Source of the DNA: Octopus vulgaris
Taxonomy: Eukaryota
Direction: 5' to 3'
DNA length: 64,000 nucleotides
NCBI GenBank assembly: GCA_951406725.2
Contig: OX597838.1
Coordinates: 10,416,001 to 10,480,000, forward strand
A program made the translations under genes and the position numbers. The notes under the pieces were generated by a model, which ran no database searches, was not told the DNA's origin, and saw nothing but the letters and a program-made list of their open reading frames with translations. Of the stretch, positions 52,200 through 64,000 are shown piece by piece; position 1 is the stretch's first letter, and every line of letters starts with the position of its first letter.

Positions 52200-52221
52200 G
52201 TATGTAATGGTTGACTTTCTG

Positions 52222-52249
<28 letters not shown>

Positions 52250-52254
<5 letters not shown>

Positions 52255-52650
52255 TTACTCTTTTACTTGTTTCAGTCATTTGACTGCGGCCATGCTGGAG
52301 CACCGCCTTTTAATCGAGCAACTCGACCCCAGGACTTATTCTTTTGTAAGCCCAGTACTTATTCTATCGGTCTCTTTTGCCGAACCGCCAAGTAACGGGG
52401 ACATAAACACACCAGCATCAGTTGTCAAGCAATGCTAGGGGGACAAACACACAAACACACACACGCATATATATATACATATATACGACGGGCTTCTTTC
52501 AGTTTCCGTCTACCAAATCCACTCATAAGGCTTTGGTCAGCCCGAGGCTATAGTAGAAGACACTTGCCCAAGGTGCCACGCAGTGGGACTGACCCCGGGA
52601 CCATGTGGTTGGTAAACAAGTTACTTACCACACAGCCACTCCTGCATGCA
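52250..52650 (-). mobile_element. CORE-like SINE
   Basis: Reverse-complement copy of 31986-32370. Confidence 0.85.
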
Positions 52651-53384
52651 TAATATTAAAAATGTTGCAATCAGTTTTGGGAAATTTCAAATATATAATT
52701 TAATCGTGATATCTTATAATCTAATCATAGGTCTTTTTGGTGGGTCGGGGGCATGGAATCGTATTAATTCAATATTGGCAAGGCAATGGTGTTCAGCAAT
52801 ATTAACAGATGTTGCTCTGGTTTAAAATTTGTAAACAAGAATTATTAGAATATAGAATATTAGGGAAAAAAATTTATTACTCAAATTACCATAAGACTAC
52901 CTGTAAAAAATTCTATACAAGTGAGTCTGCTGAAGATTTGACAGTGTTAGAATGTCCTGTGAAATGCAAGCTTTCAGAATGCTTAGGCATAAACTAGTCT
53001 TCGGCTGCAAGTACTCTGCAAACAATGTTGATAGCTGCAGTAGTAATATCTAAGGCATAATGGAACACTACCCTAGTGATTTCGTAATTGAACATAAAAG
53101 TATAATCCTTATGTTGATTATTGAAAATGCCGGAAATCTGGTTCAGCTTGTTGATCATGCTACTGTTGTTAGCTTGTTTGCAAAGGCTTTATCCAAGGGC
53201 CTGGTGTATCTTGTTGCTGGCCCTACTGTTGCATGGGTTTTCTCAGCACTACAAGCCAATAAAAATCCTTATTAAATTTTACCATGACAAGTATCTACAA
53301 CAATGAACTGTCTGTCTTCATGCTACAAAACCTGGAAAAGAGGAGCAACTGATGTCAAATATTTCGGCCTTCCTCTTTCTAACT

Positions 53385-53639
53385 CAGTGTTTCTCAACTG
53401 GATTCAATATGGCCCTTGAGGGTCAATACAAGATTTTGTTAAAACATATCTCCAATAAATTAGTTGTACTTCTACAATACACAAAACATTTTAATAAATT
53501 ATTTTTATATAATTTCTAATAATATTTAATTATAAAAATATGATTTTTTTTTTTTTAAGTATCAAATGATTATGAGTGTCCACAAGTAAGATAGGAATCA
53601 AAAGGGGTCCATAGGCAAAAAACTGGTTGAGAAACTCTG
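53385..53639. mobile_element. hAT-Charlie-like MITE
   Basis: TIR CAGTGTTTCTCAAC / GTTGAGAAACTCTG; degenerate 8-bp TSD (ttctaact / gtctcacc). Confidence 0.7.
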
Positions 53640-53816
53640 GTCTCACCACTAGTTGCATCCAGTAATCACATAGTGCAACTAAATAGTTGGTGTGAGTTTT
53701 CTTTAGTGAGATGAGCATACGAATGAGTTTTAGTCTGTAGCTAACTACTTTTTAGCTGTATACTCCTTACTTTATTGTTTGTATTTACTCTTTTTTTTTT
53801 TTCTTACAAATTTCAG

Positions 53817-54119
53817 TCTGTCGGTGGTGTTACAAAAAGAGGTAGTCAACAAGGGAAGAAAGAAGTGAAAAACATTATCATTCAAATTCCAAAAGAAGTG
53901 AAGCTAAAGACCTGTGAGAATGCCTGGTTGCCGTCAGCAAAGAAACCGCAAAATACAGTCGACGATAGTGGTGGTGTTGATGCTATTGTGAAGAGAGTGC
54001 GAAGTATACTTAATAAACTCACTCCTCAGAACTTTGAAACATTAGTAGATCAGATGGAATTAATTCTTATTGATACTGAAGACAAACTTGGTGCTGTAAC
54101 AGACCTTGTCTTTGAAAAG
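53817..54119 (+). CDS. eIF4G: eIF4G exon, start of MIF4G (ENAW.P ... KRVRSILNKLTPQNFETL ... VFEK)
   Basis: Signature VRSILNKLTP; tttcag acceptor, AAG|gtatgg donor; 303 nt, phase 0/0. Confidence 0.97.
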
Positions 54120-54489
54120 GTATGGTACCGTTATTGTCTTGATGCTAATAACTTTCTGTAAATGATATTGTCTTTAGATGTTCATATATATATGTGTGCA
54201 GCTATGGGTGTGTAGTTGAGTTTTCTGCAGTCCAACAGCACAGCGCTTTGGGTAAGTGCTTCTTACTGTGGCCTCAAGCTGACCATAGCCTTGTGTGTGG
54301 ATATGGAAACTAAAAGAAGCTTTTCATGTGCACACGCCTGCACATACACTTCTTACTGCACGAAGTTTTGTCAGTGAACAGATCACAGTTTCAAAGCAGC
54401 GAAAATATTTTGACACAAATTAAATTTAAATGTCTGTTCTTAAGTGCCTTATAAGCATCTTCCATGCTGCAATTGTTTATATATATATA

Positions 54490-55035
54490 TTTGATTTGAT
54501 CTGATCTAGTTTCAGCTCATGAGCTGTGGCCATGCTGGGGCACTGCCATTTGGTGTTGCTACATAATTTTACCTCACTAATTTTTTTTTAGAAATTGACG
54601 TTTGGTGCATGAGGGAGTTTGATGCCGCTGCCCTCATCTGCACTTCCTGCTGTAAAGTTGGTTCATCTGGGACACTTGGCAGCAAGAGGTCTAGTTTCGT
54701 TTTGGAGACACATCCACCCCATGTAGGTCTCTCGGGGCCTTCAGGAGGATATTGAAGAGCTGTGAGCCTTTAAAGCCCAGGCTGTTGCAGTATCTTGTCT
54801 TATATCTTGATGGCAAAGTTGGAGTCTTTGGCACTATGCAGTGGTGCCCTGTTCTAGCATTAGTGTAACTCTCAATGCCAAAGTTTGGGACAAGTTCCTC
54901 TAGGATCTTCCAGATGTATATTATGACATAGCTTTCCTGTCTACACTCTAGGGAATAGTCTCAATCTGTTGAGTCTTTTCCAGTAGGTTAAATGCTGCAT
55001 AGAGACCATATTCTTTGTGTAGCTTCGTTTCCCAG
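54490..55035 (-). mobile_element. CR1/L2-group LINE 3' fragment
   Basis: Minus strand, with frameshift: SYTK...LTYWKRLNRL.L..LECRQESYVIIYIWKILE; short simple-repeat tail near 54490. Confidence 0.7.
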
Positions 55036-55553
55036 GAAAGGAATTTTAGTCCTGTTACTAAGTGTTAAGTCTTCTATTTCGTTTGGCTTTAAGTTCTGAC
55101 TTCATCTGCCACTATGGTTTACTGTGCCCTTCATCCTTCTGGGTTTGGTAAGATAAGTTGAGCACTGGGTTCAACGTAACCAGTCTAGTCTCTTTCCCCC
55201 AAATTTCAGGCCCTTGTGCTTGTTGTAGAAAGGATAATTCATAGCTTTTTGAGTTCATCTGTTAGAAACAAATTGTATATATATGTGTGTGCATTGGAAA
55301 CTCCCTCTAAAGATTCTAAACCAAACTCAGTAATTTGATTGGCTGTTGTACATTTCCAAAGTTTTGTTGTAATAATTGGTACTTCAAAAAAAAAAAAAAA
55401 AAAAAAGATTAAAAGAATGTTGACACTTTTGAATGATTAATGAATGGAAACTTAGCAAACGTACACATTGCATTTCTTACAGCAGGTTTCTAAGTATATC
55501 TGTTTGAAAATATGATACAAGATCATAACCCTTGAAAATATTTCTCCTTGCAG

Positions 55554-55613
55554 GCTGTTTTGGAGCCAAATTACAGTTCAGCTTATGCCAAATTCTGTAC
55601 ATTTTTAATGATG
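55554..55613 (+). CDS. eIF4G: eIF4G MIF4G exon (AVLEPNYSSAYAKFCTFLMM)
   Basis: Matches the A..EP.FS..YA..C motif; cag/gtgagt splice sites; 60 nt. Confidence 0.95.
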
Positions 55614-55730
55614 GTGAGTATTTTACTTAAGAATTAATTAACAAAACATATAAATGTATACACATCATTCTTGTTGCTTGCAATTTAGATATTGAGGCTG
55701 ACTGTTACCGTTTCCCTCTTTGACTTGCAG

Positions 55731-55874
55731 CTGAAAGTGCCTTCCAAAAATAATCCTGAAAAGAATGTCGACTTCCATAGCTTGCTATTAACAAAATGCC
55801 GGCAACAATTTGAAAAGGATAATGAAAGTGAACAGAACATTCTTGATTTGAAAGAAAAAATAGAAGCCGCAAAT
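55731..55874 (+). CDS. eIF4G: eIF4G MIF4G exon (LKVPSKNNPEKNVDFHSLLLTKCRQQFEKD...AAN)
   Basis: Homologous to V.FRKLLLNRCQKEFEKD; cag/gtaagt; 144 nt. Confidence 0.95.
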
Positions 55875-56095
55875 GTAAGTTGAAATTAACATTTTTTATT
55901 TGCAAAATAATCTTGTATTTATTGGTAACCACTTGTGAAATAATTAAGAATCAGTAGAACCACAAAAGGGTTGGATAGAAATTCTTTGCAGTATTTTTTT
56001 ATTTTTATGATGAAGTGCATTTCAAGATCAAACTTCACTATGGTCAATTGTCTTTCATCCATTCAGGGTAATTTTTAAAAAAAGTACCAATTTAA

Positions 56096-56315
56096 CCCTT
56101 TCGTTACTGTATTTATTTTGAGATGCTCTGTGTTTCTTTCAATTATTTTAAATATAACAAAGAATTTAGTAAAATAATTTAGTTATCATTAAGCTTGTGT
56201 TAGGAATATAAATTGCAACTAAGGTTGGTGGTATATTTTGATGCAAAATTTATGAAAGCAAGACATTTGTACTATAGAGCCAGAGCCGGTTTTGGCCGGG
56301 TTAGTAATGAAAGGG
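56096..56315. mobile_element. piggyBac-like MITE, family B (opposite orientation)
   Basis: Reverse-complement homologue of 20321-20539; TTAA TSDs. Confidence 0.85.
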
Positions 56316-57736
56316 TTAAGGCAGTAGATTGACAGATGAGTTGATGGGATGTCTTGTATCTTCCATGCTAGCTTGGACTTCTTGGTACACAAGACAAATG
56401 AGATACCCCACTGTACCTCTAGCTAGAGGCCAATTTCCACCCATTCATTAAAAAATCAGGTGTCTCCACTAACAGATAATATCAGCAACTTGAAAAACCA
56501 ATGGAAGTAAAGTTTCCTTGGTTCAATTTGGAAAGCCACTTTCATCATCATCATCGTTTAACGTCCGCTTTCTTTGCTGGCATGGGTTGGACAGTTTGAC
56601 TGAGGACTGGCGAGCCATATGGCTGCACCAGGCTCCAATCTAATCTGGCAAATTTCTACAGCTGGATGCCCTTCCTAATGCCAACCACCCTGAGAGTGTA
56701 GTGGGTGCTTTTACATACCACCGGCACGAGGGCCAATCAGGTGGTACTGGCAATGGCCACGTTCACCACTTCATCCCTGACTTCCTGGGTCTATCTCTTC
56801 CACAGGTTCCCTCAACTGCTAGGGTGTGCACTTTTTCACACAGCTATCCTCATCCATTCTTACCACATGACCACACCAGTGCAGTCGTCTCTCTTGCACA
56901 CCACATCTGATGCTTCTTAGGTCCAACTTTTCTCTCAAGGCACTTACACTTTGTCGTGTATGCACACTGACATTACACATCCAGTGGAACACACTGGCTT
57001 CATTCCTTGCAAGAAAGGGAGAAACTTGTTTTCCATGTAAACTGAAGTAAACTGTGTTACCTGGTATTTTCCTTTTTATACTTTGTTTCAGTCATTAGAC
57101 TGTGGCTATACTGGGACACACTGCCTTAAAGAATTTTTAGTCAAATGTATTGAGCCAAGTACCCCCTCCCCCCTTTAATGCCTTGTGCCTATCCCATCAG
57201 TCATTTTTGCTGAACCGCTAGGTCACAGGGACATAAACCACCTACATCAATTGTCAAGCAGTGGTAGTGGTGACATAGACATGCACACATATATACGATG
57301 GGCTTCTTTCAGTTTCCATCTACCAAATCCACTCTTGATGCTTTGGGCGGCCTGGGGCTATTGTAGAAGACACTCGACAGAGGTGCCACACAATGGGACT
57401 GAACCCAGAACAGCGTGGTTGGGAAGCAAACTTCTCATCACAGCCATATGAATTATTTTCAAGTAAAATTTTTAAAAAGGAAAAAAGAAATAAAAAATGT
57501 TTCTGTTAGAAATGATACAAAAATTGTGTTTGGAATAACGTTTTATGCAAAATTAACCAGGAATTTCATACAACAAATTTGGCTCCTAGCTAGGTCTTCT
57601 TTCTTAGTCAACATCAAGGACCCTAGTAATCTGTTTGTGAAATTTGTAAGTTCTGTAATGGACTGAATTTATTTTATTTTCTTATTAACATTTTTTTTTC
57701 TTTCTAAAATTGAGGGCTTTTTTTTCTTTTTTTCAG

Positions 57737-57816
57737 GAGGAGGAAAAGAAAGTATTGTTGGAGGATCTTGATACAGTTATGTTTATATCTAGACGTAAAT
57801 CAGTTGGAAACATTAG
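57737..57816 (+). CDS. eIF4G: eIF4G MIF4G exon (EEEKKVLLEDLDTVMFISRRKSVGNI-R)
   Basis: RR.S.GNI motif; ttcag acceptor, AG|gtaag donor; phase 0/2. Confidence 0.95.
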
Positions 57817-57851
57817 GTAAGATTGTCATGAATTGACATCAAATGACTTAT

Positions 57852-58252
57852 CTCTTTTACTTGTTTCAGTCATTTGACTGCGGCCATGCTGGAGCACCGC
57901 CTTTTAATCGAGCAAATCGACCCCAGGACTTATTCTTTTGTAAGCCCAGTACTTATTCTACCGGTCCCTTTTGCCGAACCGCTAAGTAACGGGGACGTAA
58001 ACCCACCAGCATCGGTTGTCAAGCAATGCTAGAGGGACAAACACAGACACAAACACACACACACATATATATATATACACATATATACGACGGGTTTCTT
58101 TTCAGTTTCCGTCTACCAAATCCACTCGCAAGGCTTTGGTCGGCCCGAGGCTATAGTAGAAGACACTTGCCCAAGGTGCCACGCAGCGGGACTGAACCCG
58201 GAACCATGTGGTTGGTTAGCAAGCTACTTACCACACAGCCACTCCTGCGCCT
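57852..58252 (-). mobile_element. CORE-like SINE
   Basis: Reverse-complement copy. Older copies at ~7981-8452, 46449-46840 and 57075-57447 (-), and 22520-22800 (+). Confidence 0.85.
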
Positions 58253-58717
58253 TATGTGTATAAAATATTAATAAATTTTCAATAGAGATGATTCCTTTAG
58301 TCTTTAACTTATTTCCAGTCATTAGACTGCAGCCACACTTGGCCACCACTGCTTCGAAAGGTTTTTTTAGTCAGCTGAATTGACCACAGTACTTATTTTA
58401 AGTCTGGTACTTACTCTATCAGCCTATTTTTTGCTGAGCTGTTACAAGGACATAAACAAACCTACAACAGTCTTGGTGACAGTGAAAAAGTTTTGATTTT
58501 GATATCAGTCATTTCACGGTATTTACAGTCATATTTAGGTGGAAATTGTTTTGTCTTGCATTCTTTTACCTTCAATAATTTTGATGAATCAATTATTTTT
58601 AGAATGACATCATTGGATGGGTACAAGAGGCCTTATCTAACTGGTTTGATCATAAAACAGGTTGAGTATTCAGGCCAGCTGCAGCCAATTTAAATAATGC
58701 TAAAGAGTTCAATTCAC

Positions 58718-59082
58718 CATCATCATCATCATCATTTAGCGTCCGCTTTCCATGGGTTGGACGGTTCAACTGGGGTCTGTGAAGCCAGAAGGCTGCATCA
58801 GGCCCAGTCTGATCTGGCAGTGTTTCTACGGCTGGATGCCCTTCCTAACGCCAACCACTCCATGAGTGTAGTGGGTGCTTTTTACGTGCCACCCGCACAG
58901 GTGCCAGACGGAGCTGGCAAACGGCCACGGACGGATGGTGCTTTTTACTTGCCACCGGCACGGGGGCCAGGCGAGGCTGGCAACGGCCACGATCAGATAG
59001 TGCTTTTTACTTGCCACCGGCACGGGGGCCAGGCGAGGCTGGCAACGGCCACGATCGGATAGTGCTTTTTACATGCCACCCG
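58718..59082 (-). mobile_element. (GAT)n-tailed retroposon, longest copy
   Basis: Three to four tandem ~60-bp subunits followed by the family core. Confidence 0.8.
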
Positions 59083-59172
59083 CGAGAGAAAATACGAAGC
59101 TATTATAAAAAAGGAAAATTACTTTAATCTCTTCCATAGTTTTGTGCAGTGGGTAATATTTTCTCTTTTCAG

Positions 59173-59326
59173 GTTTATTGGAGAATTGTTTAAAATGAAT
59201 ATGGTGAAATTAGACATAATGCATGGTTGTCTGGAAAGGTTGTCATCATCTACAGACGAAGAGAAACTAGAATGTATGTGTAAATTGTTATCGACAGTTG
59301 GAAAAGTGATAGAGTGTAAAGCGAAG
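59173..59326 (+). CDS. eIF4G: eIF4G MIF4G exon (FIGELFKMNMV...DEEKLECMCKLLSTVGK...AK)
   Basis: FIGELFK and DEE.LEC.C.LL.T.GK signatures; phase 2/0, consistent with neighbouring exons. Confidence 0.97.
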
Positions 59327-59490
59327 GTAAATATTTTGGATTTCAATTTTGTAGATTTTGTTGCATGGTCGTTTGTAGAAGAAGCTTTCAATATCCAAAT
59401 TAATCATTGATTCTAGATTGATTCTGTTCTCATACCATCATGTTTTAACAAGCATTTGAAAACTTTTAATGTAATAATTTAACATAACTA

Positions 59491-59822
59491 GTGGAGGCTC
59501 AGTGGTTAGAGCGTCGAGCTTACGATCGTGAGGTTGTGAGCTCGAATCCCGGACCGGGCTGCGTGTTGTGTTCTTGAGCAAGACACTTTATTTCACGTTG
59601 CTCCAGTTCACTCAGCTGTAGAAATGAGTTGCGACGTCACAGGTACCAAGCTGTATCGGCCCCTTTTGCCTTTCCCTTGGATAACACTGGTGGCGTGGAG
59701 AGGGGAGATCGGTATGAATGGGCGACTGCTGGTCTTCCATAAACAACCTTGCCCGGACTTGCCCTGGGAGGGTAACTTTCTAGGTGCAATCCCATGGTCA
59801 GTGTCGTGACCGAAGGGGTCTC
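59491..59822 (+). mobile_element. tRNA-derived SINE, third family
   Basis: Aligns by eye over its full length with 16129-16463. Confidence 0.85.
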
Positions 59823-60842
59823 AGATATCAGTGGTTTTGATTTATTTAAAATACTGACTGTTTCTTGAGTTTTTTTTAAGATCTGCATTCAGATTTTAGG
59901 TCCTAGCAAATTCAATAAATACATGTACCAATAAATGTCCTGAGATTAGATTTAATCAAGTGTATTTTGTTTTATTGGGGTTAACTTTTGATGTGATAAT
60001 GAGGCTTGTGCCTGTTAAAAGTTATATAGAAAACCAGGAACAAATAGGTTAGAACTATATGAAACATGGGGTTTTCTGGTGTCAGTAAGTGAAGCATAGG
60101 CAGTGAGTATAGTTGTGCTATAGAAAAATTATTATAAGTGTTGTGGAGTGATGCTATAATGCAAACTTGTCCTAACCACATCATCATAAAAAAGATGGTG
60201 TTAAAAAACAGTTGTAGACAGCTCAAGGCTAGTTATGGCTGGCTCAGGCCACTGCTGTTTTACTGTGTCCAAGACTTTTCATTCTGAAATATCCCCATTT
60301 GTTAACTATGGTCACTGTAAGGGAGAAGGTAATCAGTTGGAACACTATATCTTGCAATTCTCCGTCTTTTACATATGTCTACAGAAGACAAAGCTGACAA
60401 AATATATTGTGCCAATTCTGAGATTACACGCTGAGGCTTGGTTGAGTTGTAGAATTACTTCCTCAAAATACGATCCAGTTCTGACCATGTCTAAGATATT
60501 TTAGTAACAGAGTTTTGAGTGACTGTTGTATCTAAACCTCTCCCATACAACTTCCTTTGAACCACCAAAAATGAGGCCTACAATGTATTATTTGCCAAAA
60601 AATCTCAATAAGCTCTCTTCTCTGAAACCTTTCTCTGTGGTAATTACTGCTACCTGTTCTAATTATTCTGAAGAAATATGAGGTATGAACATTCTAAAAG
60701 TAAAAGTATCTGTGATTTTCTTGCTGTAGGTAAATTTTCACTTTGTCCATATTTGATAGTAAAAATTCTGTTTCAATTCCCTTTCAGCCAATGTTGAGTT
60801 TGTTTTCTATCTTTTACCTATGTCTCTTGATTATAATTTTAG

Positions 60843-61235
60843 AATGAGGAAATGAATCGTTACTTCAAAGACATAAGAGCAATTGTTGGAGCCCGGGAAA
60901 CATCCTCTCGCATTCGATTTATGCTTTTGGATCTTATTGATCTACGCAAAAACAAATGGGTTCCCCGGCATGCAGAGAAAGGCCCCAAGACCTTGAAAGA
61001 ACTTCACCAGGACATAGAGAACGAAGAGATTGAACACCGGTTGAAGATGGACGCTGCTGCTGCCAACCAGCATCAACTGTCATCATATTCTTCTCAACGG
61101 AATCGAGGGGGGCGTGCTGGCTCAATGGGACCTCTCACACCACCACAGGCTAACGACAGTGATGGCTGGAATACAGTTGGAGGAGGACGAACTCTTAGGG
61201 CACCAATCGACCCTAGCAAAATGTGGTTGCCTAAG
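60843..61235 (+). CDS. eIF4G: eIF4G exon, end of MIF4G plus linker (SSRIRFMLLDLIDLRKNKWVPR...GPKT...DGWNTV...IDPSK)
   Basis: SRIRFML.D..DLR...WVPR, GPKT and GWNTV motifs; 393 nt, ag/gt boundaries. Confidence 0.97.
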
Positions 61236-62157
61236 GTGAATATCTTGCATATCATTAAATTCTTCCTGCATTTGTCTTTTTACCACCACCCCCTTGCAAA
61301 TTAAAAGGTTTAGCCATATCGAGTGCTTCAGGCTAAATTATGAACTATTTTTAGAGCTTCTTTGATTGTTGAAAATTAATATAATTCTTGTTCTTTGCAC
61401 CTTTTATAGAATTTAGTTTACACTGACCAATCATTATGCTCTACTCTTTCCTTGGTTTTAGATAAACTTGATTCTTGTGCATGACCTCTGGCCATATTGA
61501 GGGACTGCCTTGAAGGGTTTAGTTGAACAAATTGACCCAGTGCTTCTTTTTAAAATCTGATGCTTCTGTTGACTTTTTTTTTTTATTTCTTTACTGCCCT
61601 CAAGGGGCTAAACATAGAGGGGACAAACAAGGACAGACAAAGGGATTAAGTCGATTACATCGACTCCAGTGCGAAACTGGTACTTTATTTATTGACCTTG
61701 AAAGGATGAAAGGCAAAGTCGACCTCGGCGGAATTTGAACTCAGAACGTAGCGGCAGACGAAATACCGCTTAGCATTTCACCCGGCATCCTAACGATTCT
61801 GCCAGCTTGCCGCCTTTCTGTTAACCTCTTTTGCCATACATTATGTTATGAAGAGGTAAACAAGCCAACTTGGGATTGTTAAGCAGTGTTGGGGACACTG
61901 CTTAACACACATACACAATAGATTTTCACACATTTTTTTGTCTGCCAGATTCACTCGCAAGGCATTAATGAAAGACAGTTGCCCAAAGTGCCATGCATTA
62001 GGACTGAACCCAAAACCACATGGTTGCAAAGCTAGCTTCTTGACCACACAGCCATGCCTGCACCACTCTAGATTTTATAATCATATAATGTTTATTTCCC
62101 TTTTCCATTTTTATTTTATATTTACTATTTCTTTTTTGTTCTTTTTCTGTCTTCCAG

Positions 62158-62303
62158 AGTAAGAATGATGACAGTATACAGTTGTGTCCAAGTGTTGGTT
62201 CTAACAAATTCGGTATGTGGGGCCGTGGTAGTACGGGGGGAGGCAGCAGCCGTGGTTCAAATAATCAACAGAACGACAGACTCACAACAACACCAACTAA
62301 TAG
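62158..62303 (+). CDS. eIF4G: eIF4G linker exon (SKNDDSIQLCP...WGRGSTGGG...TPTN-R)
   Basis: WG.GS.GG motif; strong acceptor tract; phase 0/2. Confidence 0.9.
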
Positions 62304-62413
62304 GTGATTATTTATTAACTATTACTTTTGACCCTTTCATTGTTATATTTTTGCCTTTTGTTTCCATTAAATTTGAGATTAATGAATAATCTCTTCAAAT
62401 AACTTATTTTCAG

Positions 62414-62653
62414 GTTCTCGGCTTTGTGCGGTGATGATGAAGATTTATTTAATATGATTGGAAGTAGTGGTCAAGAAAACAGGCCAGAAATGTTTGCTCG
62501 TGGAGGCATGGGTAATCGCCGAAGTGGATCACGTTCTGGTGTAGGACCTTCACCTGGTCAATCTGGCCGCAATCAATTTAGTGGTTTTCGTGGAAAGGCA
62601 TTGCCTCGCAGATTTTCGCAAGAGGACAGAAATGTTCAGAGACGTGGCTCAAA
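62414..62653 (+). CDS. eIF4G: eIF4G linker exon (R-FSALCGDDED...RRGS)
   Basis: Completes the conserved NRFSAL motif across the intron; cag/gtaagt; phase 2/2. Confidence 0.9.
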
Positions 62654-63126
62654 GTAAGTATGTGCCTGCCACCCTGCTGCTATTCTGTTGGGGCTCTTGT
62701 ATTAATGAACTTGATATTAAAATGACATGCCCGTACTGCAACTGTTGTCTCCTTCCCAGCTACTTCCACCACTGCCCCCTTATGTATTGTAGTCATGTAT
62801 CTCTTCTGTAGTGACATACCTGTGGCTGTCCTTGGTATAAAGCCACCTCCCCCTGTTCTATATTCTTACTCAGTTGAAGAATCAAATATATGGAGCATGT
62901 AAGCAGCATATTGGGTATATTGGGCATATATTTGTGCCCCAGCATCACTCACATTAATAATAATAATAATGGTTTCAAATTTTGACTCCAGACCAGCACT
63001 TTTAGAGGAGGGGCTAAGTTGATTACATTGACCACGGTACTCAACCGGTACTTATTTTATTGACCCCGAAAGGATGAAAGGCAAAGTTGACCCTGGCATG
63101 CTAATAATTCTACCAGCTTGCCACCT

Positions 63127-63173
<47 letters not shown>

Positions 63174-63296
63174 TCTATCTCTGGGTATAATTGATCAGTT
63201 ATTAGCAGAATAGGCTATAATATACATTTATATATATATATATATATATATATAAACACACACACACACATATATGTATGTATGTATATACATACA

Positions 63297-63330
<34 letters not shown>

Positions 63331-63361
63331 CACACACATACGTATGTATGTATGTACATAC

Positions 63362-63412
<51 letters not shown>

Positions 63413-63872
63413 GAGACCGACAGAATAAGTGTTAGGCTTACAAAGAATAAGTCTTGGGGTTGATTTCTTAAAAAGGCTATTTCTGTTGACTGGATCAACT
63501 GGAACCCTTGCCATCGTAACCAATGGAGTGCCAGTCAAAAAAAAAAAAAAAAAGAGAGAGATTAACACCAGTGTGGTTCCATTATGAAAAAGATATCAAA
63601 TGCTTAGAGGCATTTTAAGTCTGTGCTGTTCTCCATCAAAGCTTACTTCTGTTATTGATTTGTAACAAAATAACTTTTAGTAAGATGAAGACTTGTGTGA
63701 TAGTTTGAAAGTGCTTGGGAATGGTTTATCAGAGTTGGGGATGCAGTGTCCAACCTATGCTAGCATATTGCATGGAAAAATAAATGTTTATGATGACAGC
63801 TACTTATGTATATATGTATATATATAATACAATTACAGAAAATAAAAATGAAACATTGTTATATATTTATAG

Positions 63873-64000
63873 TGATAATCTCACTCCTTTAAGAGGTCAG
63901 ACTCGTGAGGACAGTCGGTCTCGGAAAATCCGCAGTCGAGAAAATAGCAGAAATCGCAGTATGCACACTCCAATTGGCAGTCGAGAAAGCAGTCAGAATC
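63873..64000 (+). CDS. eIF4G: eIF4G R/S-rich exon, runs off the window (DNLTPLRGQTREDSRSRKIRSRENSRNRS...SRESSQN)
   Basis: Open in the phase required by the previous exon, with SRENSR-type repeats. The acceptor could be the AG at 63871-63872 or the in-frame AG at 63892-63893. Confidence 0.75.

Noticed and set aside
53817-61235. Assignment to DAP5/eIF4G2 (NAT1) or another MIF4G protein
   Set aside because: An in-phase upstream exon encodes a canonical eIF4E-binding motif, and the WGRGS and NRFSAL linker motifs fit eIF4G proper.
1958-63568. Numerous short ORFs rich in YI/CV/HT, or recurring MLAWVGRF and RASFSFRLPNP peptides
   Set aside because: Translations of microsatellites and SINE copies.

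Overview
AT-rich, repeat-dense eukaryotic DNA. The SINE/MITE content resembles an octopus (coleoid cephalopod) genome, which is an inference from the repeat families only. The one well-supported gene is a + strand, multi-exon eIF4G-family gene. Eleven phase-consistent GT-AG coding exons run from 49860 to the window end and encode the eIF4E-binding motif (YDRDTLL), a full MIF4G domain and an R/S/G-rich linker. A candidate start exon at 38941-39042 would make it an unusually short, N-terminally truncated eIF4G preceded by an in-frame uORF. The first ~49 kb looks intronic, 5'UTR or intergenic. It holds several SINE families, TTAA-targeting MITEs, two non-autonomous Helitrons, RTE LINE relics, Penelope-like inverted termini with hammerhead-ribozyme motifs, several long fold-back repeats, a pre-miRNA-like hairpin and an exact 39 x 48-bp hairpin-forming tandem array. 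Nearly all ORFs in the supplied track are repeat artefacts.
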